From contig NW_026782299.1 in assembly GCF_031769215.1 (NCBI RefSeq), positions 3,844,001-3,908,000 of the forward strand: DNA of 64,000 nt, given 5' to 3'. Numbering within the stretch: position 1 is the stretch's first letter; every line of letters starts with the position of its first letter. Positions 53,950 to 64,000 of this stretch are shown here, one piece after another. The notes below the pieces were generated by a model. That model worked only from the letters and a program-made list of their open reading frames with translations, was not told the DNA's origin and made no database searches. This stretch comes from Ylistrum balloti. Lineage: Eukaryota. The position numbers were made by a program, and so were the translations under genes.

Positions 53950-54490
53950 CAGTACACTATCTTCAGTACACTGTCAATGAGAACAGTGCTGACCTAGTTC
54001 AGTGCACTATCAACATTTTCAGTACACTGTCAATGAGAACAGTGCTGACCTAGTTCAGTGCACTATATATATTTTCAGTACACTGTCAATGAGAACAGTG
54101 CTGACCCAGTTCAGTGCACTATCAACATTTTCAGTACACTGTCAATGAGAACATTGCTGATCCAGATCAGTGCACTATCAACATTTTCAGTACACTGTCA
54201 ATGAGAACAGTGCTGACCCAGTTCAGTGCACTATCAACATTTTCAGTACACTGTCAATGAGAACAGTGCTGATTCAGTTCAGTGCACTATCAACATTTTC
54301 AGTACACTGTCAATGAGAACAGTGCTGACCCAGTTCAGTGCACTATCAACATTTTCAGTACACTGTCAATAAGAACAGTGCTGATCCAATTCAGTGCACT
54401 ATCAACATTTTCAGTACACTCAATGAGAACAGTGCTGATTCAGCACAGTGCACTATCAATATTCTATCAATATTTTCAGTACACTGTCAA
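53950..54490. repeat. 56-bp minisatellite, ~9-10 copies
   Basis: Unit TTTTCAGTACACTGTCAATGAGAACAGTGCTGACCCAGTTCAGTGCACTATCAACA. Confidence 0.95.
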
Positions 54491-57400
54491 ATGATGTAGT
54501 TTACAACACAGGGACAAAATTATTGTTTCATACAATGAAACAAATCATATCACACTTTTTGTGAATAATATACTGTCATATCTATAACATTTATCGATAA
54601 TATATGCAAAAGTTCCTTGTACATATACATTAAACAATATAAAACATCAATTTATTTATAATAGTATTTAGCACCTCTTCAAACTGATGTCAGTTTAAGG
54701 AAATTTACATCTACCTAGTGATTACTGGAGCTTTACTACCATCAATTCATATGTCACATTTATCAATCAACATGTTAGATCTTTATAAATTATTATGCAA
54801 TATTGAAACACAAATATCTTATACCAAGTATTGAATTTCAATATCTGTTTCACAAACTAATATTACCATCCTGCACAAAAGGAAATAAATCACAGATGTA
54901 TGGCTAAGGAAGTAGCAGCGTTTCTCTGTAAATAAATACTGTACAAAAGCAACATAAGTATAAAGCGGGATACACGTATATCTATTAAATGGAAATGTAT
55001 GATTAAATCTGGAATATGGCCATCAAGACAATGTCATAAAACAGTTACCAAACCTGGAATAGATCTATAATGTTAATGTATACAAGGACTAAGGTTCTAC
55101 TGGTCCAAGTAATTTCAAACAAAACAAGCAATATAATATCTACTTCAATAACTTTTACATACATACATCGTATATAATTATATGTACATATAGGCGGCGA
55201 ACAATCACATAGGAACTTCTGTAAATTATTTAGAATCTTGAACCAAATAACAATTCAGCATTATTTTTACCAGACAATAGGTAAAGCCCTTAATCATGAA
55301 TATTGGAAAAGAGAATAATTTCCTTATCTGTCTGATGTTTTACTGTGAATTTTAAAACGACATGAGATTGGCTACATTTAAATCTTATATTTTGGTGTAT
55401 CTGTAATTCTAATATGCCCACCAAGATCTATTACATTTGCAGTAATATACCAGCAAATGCTACATCATAGCCTTGACCTTGAGTTCCCCGTCAGCTTCCT
55501 GTATTGATACTATATACCGACCCATTGAACAAGCAATCACGACAGAAATCAATTGTTGAATTTTTAAAGTAATCACATGACATGAAATTAAATTAAAAAC
55601 TCTTAAAGTGCAGTCATCTGACCAGAAATCAATTGCTGAACTTTAAAATTGTGATCACTGCTTTTAAGCAATTTAGAGTAAAATGTATTTAAATAACATT
55701 TTTTAAAGGAAGGAAGTATAATGCTAATGCATATTTCAAGTAAGACGGGACTTTCATAGAAATTTCCTAAATGGAGTGTAATCTGCTTCAGTTCATATTG
55801 ATGCTTACAACATGCAAAGTCAACTAAATACAAACACTTCCTATATTCATTATAATCTAACTGATAATGCCATACAAATTGATGTCTGGGGTCATAGGTC
55901 AAACAATTCAGAAATGGTATAATGCATTGGGAATGCTTGGACTACATACAATTAACACATAAGTAAGCCCGTTGTCCCCTTCCTCCGTCCTTACCCCCTC
56001 CCTCCCTTTGCAGTCAAACCAGACCCTCAGTTTTACTGAATAGAGACAAATACAGAGCAAATCATGCTGTGTTATAGATCACAGTTTACAAGTTAATTTT
56101 TTCTTTCAAGTGTTTTACCAATTTTGTCTATAAATCAGCTTTCCAGTCTCAAGTTCTGGACTCCAGCCTCCAATTTATTTCAGTATATCTGGCAATATTA
56201 AAAGTAAAATTTTGGTTCAAAACTGGAAATGTTTGAAAACAAAATTCATTACTTTTTTTTAATGAAGTGTCTTATTGTTTGACTTTGTGATTACAGTACA
56301 CAAAGCTGTAATAATGACTAATTTTAATGTAACCAACAATCTCCAGTTTGTAAAAGACTAAAGATCTCCAGTTCTCAAATTTTTGACGAAAGATTCTTAA
56401 TATTATATCAAAGTTATATGACATGCAATTGTATAAATATCTGACAACAGAGAAAAACAAAATATGGGACAGGGCCTTCAATGTAAACAAAAATATAAAC
56501 ATCTCATATACAATATGTACATTGTAAATAAAAAAAATTTCACATGAAGTAAACAATACAAGGATTTATAAAGCCAGAATACAAATTTACATAAATACAT
56601 TTCTATCATGATTCCTTATACTAACATTAATCTCTTGTATTGTCGTTTTGGTTTTGTACAAGCTGTTACAAAATTCTGTAATTACAGTATCTGAAACTGG
56701 CTGTATGTAAGACTTTCCTAATTCTTTTGTTTACAATCAGCCATCACCACATTCATGGAAAATAATAAAACATGCCTCTTCATATCTTCGTATAAGCCCT
56801 GCAGCACTGTGTGTGTAATATTGTCTGGGAGATTTCACAGCATAACTGATGACATTTCTGAAAATTGTTGTTACATTCTCCTACATGGTTACTTTTGCAT
56901 ATTTAGAGTGTTAAACTGGGAATGTATTGTTTCTAAGTAATTTCTATATATTTAACACTAGAAAGGTAACACAACTAGGACATTCTAATAAATGGAATGC
57001 TCTATCAGTAGGGAACTAAATTTACCAGATATCATTGAAGAGACATTCTTTTAAAGAAAATATTGTACCTGTTTCTGAATTAAGTCTTTCTTGTTTTTCT
57101 GCTGGACAATCACATAACACTATATACGTATAGGTAATTTGATGTAAAAGTGACTTCTCTTAAGTGATTTTGTAACACCTGTACTAATTTGTGCAGAGAT
57201 TCAATATATAAAGTTACATGTCTTACAATTCTCTACTGTCTACTGGGTATCATATCTAACAATGGATGGTTGAGGTCAAATCTTGAATATCTACACAAAT
57301 TATGTAAAAGATTGAATTCACAAAATCTAAAGTGAACACACAAACCACAGATCTCTGATACTATTTTCAAGCCTAAAACTAAAAACGAAAATTGTAAATG

Positions 57401-57940
57401 GTTCGTCTTAAACAATATTTGTACAGGATATGCACTTGGGTTATATTAATTTTTTTTCTTGTGACAAAATATATATTTTTCTAGCATGTTTAATGCATAA
57501 GTATACTTAAGAACTAATCAAAGGAAAGCACTGGTTTCACTTATATGAGGGAAATGGGAAAATGTGATGACATATTACACTGTATACCTGGTATCATTAC
57601 TATTGATTTTTCAATAAAAAGGAATCAAATCTGGGATCTATTTGACTCTCGTTTTTCCAAACCTGAATATGTCAAAACATCAAAGTGTTGTTATGCAAGG
57701 GCGATCATTACCACACATTTCAACACTATATCTCATTAAAGAAAATATCACTTTCTTAGAAAAAACATCACAATAGTGTCAGAATATACAAAATCATCAT
57801 GTTATTAGGTGTTTGTATCATAATCATCTATAATTAGATGTTGTATGAACGTGAGAGTCTTGGGATAATGTCTACAACATGGTTCTATATCCAGGGAGAG
57901 TGGCACAAATATTAAGCATGCCACCTACCATAGGTAGAAA

Positions 57941-60900
57941 TCAAAACATTTCTGAAGGAGATGAACTTTCACCAATGGTTACAGCGTCAGTATCACTTGA
58001 AGATTCACTGGTCTCCTGTTGGGCTTCGCCTACGTCTGGATCAGTGAAAGAAATGAGATTTTCACTTTGACAGAGCAACGAAGATGAAGCACCCAACATT
58101 TCAGTATCACAGGATTTATTAGATTCATTGTCACTATCACCGAGATTTCCCACTGTGATAACGGAAGACGGGTCAGCACTGTCACAGGATGTCGTAGTTA
58201 CATCACCACTTCCTCTGCCTACAGAGTGTGGTGAGTCTGGAGGATCATCCTGAAGAAGAGTTTGACACTCACTACCACTATCTTCTTTCCCAGAATTCCT
58301 TTGGCGCCTCCATCTTGCTGTTATGTCTATATCATGTGAGAAACTGACATGTTCACCATCTTGCTGATCACTGTCCTCTCCAGAATCGTCAGGTCCTTCT
58401 GTTGTATCACTACTGTCAGGAACGAGGGCCAGAGTTGACGAATGGGAGTCTGTGTTCCATGTCAAATTTGAATTATCTATAGTCTGTGAACTTTCACCTG
58501 ATATTGTGTTTTCCCCTGATTGTGAATTGCTGGCTGATTCAGTTGGGCAGCTATCATTTTGTTCCCCAGAATGACCTGCAGTGTTGTAAGATGCTAACTG
58601 CTGTTGGCGGGCTAAACGTGCTGTTCGCCGCCGATGACGTCTTGAACGAGATCCTGATGTTTCATTCTGGTTGGTTTGTTCAGCAAGCTCCTGTCGCACC
58701 TCGTCATAAGGCCGTGATGTTAACATGGCCTCGTGATAAGGTGGCGGTGCTCTTCTTCTCATGAACTCTGCATACATTCGTGTGAGTGGTGTCTCGTGTC
58801 GTGGTCCATGGAACTGCTGCATTCGGAGATTGTAGAGCTTACAAGTACATCCCATGGCTACGACCAACAAGAGGGCACAGATCAGTGAGCCTGCCACCGC
58901 TGCTATGGTGATCAGATTGGTACTTCCTGTAACAGTCATGGAATTGTTTTTTATGATGATGTTAACATGAGTAAGAATGTACTTTTAGCACTTATTAATG
59001 AGATGAATATATCTATGTATCCTTTTTATGGCAAATATCATAACTGAACAAGAGATCCAAGAGGGATCTTGGCACCCAACATTGTTTGATCTTTATATGC
59101 TCTTTGAATGTTGAATCTTTTCCCTTTTTTTCTCTTCTCTGTTTTTGCTCTTAATGATAAGACATTCGAACATTCCTTTGCAGAAATAGCATGATAATCT
59201 TTACCTACCAAATCCAAAATGGCCGTCTGGAAGCCATTTTGTTTCTTTTTATCAGTCCCAAAATCAAGCGAGCACAAGGAGAGATCAAAGGGAACATACA
59301 AATGATATTTGAGAGACATCCATTCAGTACTTCTTAAGAAATAGCAATAACAATCTTTACTAGATGAAATCAAAGATGACTGCCTTTGACCATTTTGTTT
59401 TCCTGATGAGTCTCAAACTCAAACAAGCATATCTAGAGACCATAACGATCCAGGGACCAAGACATAGTAGGGGAAAGGCTTATTGCAGGAAAAATGAAAT
59501 AGCTTTTTAGCACTGTTTACAGTACTGCAAAAGACATGGCTTATTACCAAGCTTATGGTCAGATAAATAATGCATAAACTTAGTACACTTCTAATTATCA
59601 ATATTTGTCAAAACATTCTTCATATCAAACCATGAAATACTGAAGTAATCCATGAAGAAAAAGTAAAATCAACAATAAGACAACGTATGTTTCAATACGA
59701 AATATTGGAAAGTAATATGATGAGGAATGTATTAGATCACCTGTATTAATGGTCGTTTTCTCAGACAAGACATTAATCAGTTACTTATGTGGTCAATTAA
59801 TTTATCACAGTTACATGGACAGTCTATTTATCATAGTTACTTACATGGACAATCTATTTATCATAGTTACTTACATTGACAATCTATTTATTATAGTTAC
59901 ATACACGGACGATCTATTTATCGAAGTTACATGGACAATCTATTTATCATATTTACTTACATGGACAATCTATTTATCATAGTTACTTATGTGGACAATC
60001 TATTTATCATAAATGTAATTACTTATGTGGACAATCTATTTATCAGTTACTTACGTGGACAATCTATTTATTATAGTTACTTACGTGGACAATTTATTTC
60101 GTCACTGTTGTCACCACAGTCATTTGTTTTATCACATTTCCAAGTCTCATAGATACACCTCTTGTTATCACAGAGAAATGTTCCATTATGAGAGCCACAT
60201 AACACAGGATCTGAAACAAACAAATTTATCAGTTCTCTAGTTTATAAATATAATTACAATATTTATCAAAGTGTAACATACATTATGTTAAACAGATTCC
60301 ATGTTACCTCAAAACCCATAGACTTTTTTTCATTCCCAAAATCTCTTGTAAAATGGTACCTCCTGCAAGAGAGTCAATATTTGAATGACAGTTACAAATG
60401 ACACAGATATCAGTATACACATACAAGAGATTCCAAAGGGATATAGACTCCTACCATTGTTTGATCTTTGTTTGATGCTATTCAAAAGTTGGATTTTTTC
60501 CTTTCTTTTCTCATCTCTGTTTTTGCTCTTAATGATAATAAAATTTGAAACATTCCTATGCAGAAATAGCAATGATAATCTTTACCTGCCAAATCCCAAA
60601 TGACCGCCTAGAAGCCATTTTGTTTCTTCTGATCAGTCCGAAATTTAAATGAGCACAAGGAGAGACCAAAGGGAACTTACGTATGAAATCTGAGAGACAT
60701 CCATTTTTACCTTACAGCAAAACATCCAAATTCTAGGCCTTTTAGTAAAAAATTGTAACAAATCTGACTCCTGTGACATTGAATATAGGTCAAGGTCATT
60801 ATTTTTTTGTAAAATTTGTCAGATTTCATCCAAGGAACCTATCATGTAATTATCAGAATTCTAGGTCTATAACAGAAGATGCAGTTTAAAGGTATTATGA

Positions 60901-63900
60901 AATTTCAACCCTATGACCTTGAACATGATCAATGTAATTTCTTTTCAAAGACTCTGTTGAGTATAATCCCCGGAACATACCAGTCAACTATCATGATTCT
61001 AGGCATTTATAGAATAAATTTATCAAACAATTCATTCTAAGTCTTATACTCACTACGGTCAAATTTAGTGTGATAACACCACCTGTTGTATACTCACTAC
61101 AGTCAAATTTAGTGTGATAACACCACCTGTTGTATACTCACTACAGTCAAATTTAGTGTGATAACACCACCTGTTGTATACTCACTACAGTCAAATTTAG
61201 CGTGATAACACCATCTGTTGTATACTCACTACAGTCAAATTTAGTGTGATAACACCACCTGTTGTATACTTACAAGTTTAGTGTGATAACACCACCTGTT
61301 GTATACTCACTACAGTCAAATTTAGTGTGATAACACCACCTGCTGTATACTCACTACAGTCAAGTTTAGTGTGATAACACCACCTGTTGTATACTTACTA
61401 CAAGTTTAGTGTGATAACACCACCTGTTGTATACTTACTACAAGTTTAGTGTGATAACACCACCTGTTGTATACTTACTACAGTCAAGTTTAGTGTGATA
61501 ACACCACCTGTTGTATACTTACTACAAGTTTAGTGTGATAACACCACCTGTTGTATACTTACTACAGTCAAGTTTAGTGTGATAACACCACCTGTTGTAT
61601 ACTTACTACAAGTTTAGTGTGATAACACCACCTGTTGTATACTTACTACAGTCAAGTTTAGTGTGATAACACCACCTGTTGTATACTTACTATAGTCAAG
61701 TTTAGTGTGATAACACCACCTGTTGTATACTTACTACAAGTTTAGTGTGATAAACACCTTACTACTGATAACTACCATAACACCACCTGTTGTATACTTA
61801 CTACAAGTTTAGTGTGATAACACCACCTGTTGTATACTTACTACAAGTTTAGTGTGATAACACCACCTGTTGTATACTTACTACAAGTTTAGTGTGATAA
61901 CACCACCTGTTGTATACTTACTACAAGTTTAGTGTGATAACTTTAGTGTGATAACACCACCTGTTGTATACTTACTACAAGTTTAGTGTGATAACACCAC
62001 CTGTTGTATACTTACTACAAGTTTAGTGTGATAACACCACCTGTTGTATACTTACTACAAGTTTAGTGTGATAACACCACCTGTTGTATACTTACTACAA
62101 GTTTAGTGTGATAACACCACCTGTTGTATACTTACTACAAGTTTAGTGTGATAACACCACCTGTTGTATACTTACTACAAGTTTAGTGTGATAACACCTA
62201 CCGCTGTATACTTACTACAAGTTTAGTGTGATAACACCACCTGTTGTATACTTACTACAAGTTTAGTGTGATAACACCACCTGTTGTATACTTACTACAA
62301 GTTTAGTGTGATAACACCACCTGTTGTATACTTACTACAGTCAAGTTTAGTGTGATAACACCACCTGTTGTATACTTACTACAAGTTTAGTGTGATAACA
62401 CCACCTGTTGTATACTTACTACAAGTTTAGTGTGATAACACCACCTGTTGTATACTTACTACAGTGTGATAACACCACCTGTTGTTTACTTACTACATTC
62501 ATTTTTAGTGTGATAACACCACCTGTTGTATACTTACTACAAGTTTAGTGTGATAACACCACCTGTTGTATACTTACTACAAGTTTAGTGTGATAACACC
62601 ACCTGTTGTATACTTACTACAAGTTTAGTGTGATAACACCACCTGTTGTATACTTACTACAAGTTTAGTGTGATAACACCACCTGTTGTATACTTACTAC
62701 AAGTTTAGTGTGATAACACCACCTGTTGTATACTTACTACAGTCAGGTTTAGTGTGATAACACCACCTGTTGTATACTTTACTACAAGTTTAGTGTGATA
62801 ACACCACCTGTTGTATACTTACTACAAGTTTAGTGTGATAACACCACCTGTTGTATACTTACTACAGTCAGGTTTAGTGTGATCAAGTTTAGTGTGATAA
62901 CACCACCTGTTGTATACTACTACAAGTTTAGTGTGATAACACCACCTGTTGTATACTTACTACAAGTTTAGTGTGATAACACCACCTGTTGTATACTTAC
63001 TACAGTCAAGTTTAGTGTGATAACACCACCTGTTGTATACTTACTACAAGTTTAGTGTGATAACACCACCTGTTGTATACTTACTACAAGTTTAGTGTGA
63101 TAACACCACCTGTTGTATACTTACTACAGTCAGGTTTAGTGTGATAACACCACCTGTTGTATACTTACTACAAGTTTAGTGTGATAACACCACCTGTTGT
63201 ATACTTACTACAGTCAGGTTTAGTGTGATAACACCACCTGTTGTATACTTACTACAAGTTTAGTGTGATAACACCACCTGTTGTATACTTACTACAGTCA
63301 GGTTTAGTGTGATAACACCACCTGTTGTATACTTACTACAAGTTTAGTGTGATAACACCATAACACCACCTGTTGTATACTTACTACAAGTTTAGTGTGA
63401 TAACACCACCTGTTGTACACTTACTACAAGTTTAGTGTGATAACACCACCTGTTGTATACTTACTACAGTCAGGTTTAGTGTGATAACACCACCTGTTGT
63501 ATACTTACTACAAGTTTAGTGTGATAACACCTACTGCTGTATACTTACTTCAGTCAAGTTTAGAGTTATAAACTTGATACTGTTAATCTTAGTGTGTTAA
63601 CACCACCTATTTATATACTCACTACAATTAAGTTCATCTTCAAGCTCTGCACATCGTGAGATTCCATTACATCTCTGCTTCTCCTCATAACATTGGTGAC
63701 TGTCTTTTAAACCACAACGGAAATGATCCTTGTCACAGATACCTGTAAGATAATGTGTTACACCTTATATTATAACTACAGTACAATCCTTGTCACCACC
63801 ACCTGTAAAATAACATATCACATTTTACACACGTAAAATTTTGATGTTATATGCTACATACCACACCCCTTCTCGTCTCCTCCATGTAGGCGACAATTCC

Positions 63901-63981
63901 ACATCCCGTCACAAGCTTTATCTATAGGGTAACAGTCTTTCTCTGTGGAACCACATGAGGCTTGATCTGGTAGGCATACAC
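57941..63981 (-). CDS. LRP12: 3' part of an LRP12/LRP3/LRP10-family LDL-receptor-related protein. Exons: 63981-63862 (LDLa), 63742-63623 (LDLa), 58926-57941 (TM + cytoplasmic tail); the gene continues beyond the window
   Basis: Two phase-1 LDLa exons (CLPDQASC...CDGMWNC...GGDEKGC and CDKDHFRC...[16 protein letters not shown]). The TM and juxtamembrane sequence [27 protein letters not shown]...ET.L.R...E..RR.APPPY matches the LRP12 signature. Exact paralogue assignment is uncertain. Confidence 0.85.
59082..60705. repeat. Two diverged direct copies of a ~245-bp non-autonomous element (59082-59325 and 60456-60705)
   Basis: Shared CTCTGTTTTTGCTCTTAATGATAA...GCAGAAATAGCA...GAAGCCATTTTGTTTCTT...GAGCACAAGGAGAGA.CAAAGGGAAC...GAGAGACATCCATT. 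Confidence 0.75.
59780..60100. repeat. 30-bp minisatellite (ATGGACAATCTATTTATCATAGTTACTTAC)n, ~10 copies
   Basis: The tandem units are directly visible. Confidence 0.92.
61045..63627. repeat. 40/44-bp minisatellite, ~60 copies (CTGTTGTATACTTACTACAAGTTTAGTGTGATAACACCAC, with a +4-bp variant)
   Basis: The tandem units are directly visible. The last, degenerate unit overlaps the exon/intron junction at 63623/63622. Confidence 0.97.
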
Positions 63982-64000
63982 CTGTCAAATTTATACCCAT

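Noticed and set aside
59038-59373. 111-aa minus-strand ORF inside the LRP12 intron
   Set aside because: It lies within a duplicated non-autonomous repeat and has no recognisable protein motif.
61045-63560. CRISPR-like regular array
   Set aside because: The units are contiguous with no unique spacers, there are no cas genes, and the context is a eukaryotic intron.

Overview
AT-rich animal genomic DNA with spliceosomal introns; gene content and repeat style suggest a bivalve mollusc (inference). The supplied ORF track misses most real genes because they are multi-exon, so I rebuilt them by hand from splice sites and reading phase. In order along the window: (1) an apolipoprotein D-like lipocalin (+, 4 exons); (2) a crotonase-fold enoyl-CoA isomerase ending in the peroxisomal signal SKL (+, 4 exons); (3) an uncharacterised ~680-aa type I membrane protein (-, 11 exons) with three copies of an unnamed ~130-aa domain, a Ser/Thr stalk, a TM helix and one GC-AG intron; (4) a head-to-tail triplication of an ~8-kb unit, each copy carrying a 10-exon, 568-codon F-BAR + atypical SH3 gene (-), with copy-specific events (CR1 insertion in copy 1, foldback element at the copy 2/3 junction, ATG>ATA and a synonymous-rich exon 2 in copy 3); (5) the 3' end of an LRP12/LRP3/LRP10-family receptor (-), whose last intron holds a ~2.6-kb minisatellite that appears to derive from the exon's own 5' splice site. 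There are also several minisatellites, TE relics and one 271-nt assembly gap. Homology calls are from motif recognition only; no searches were run.
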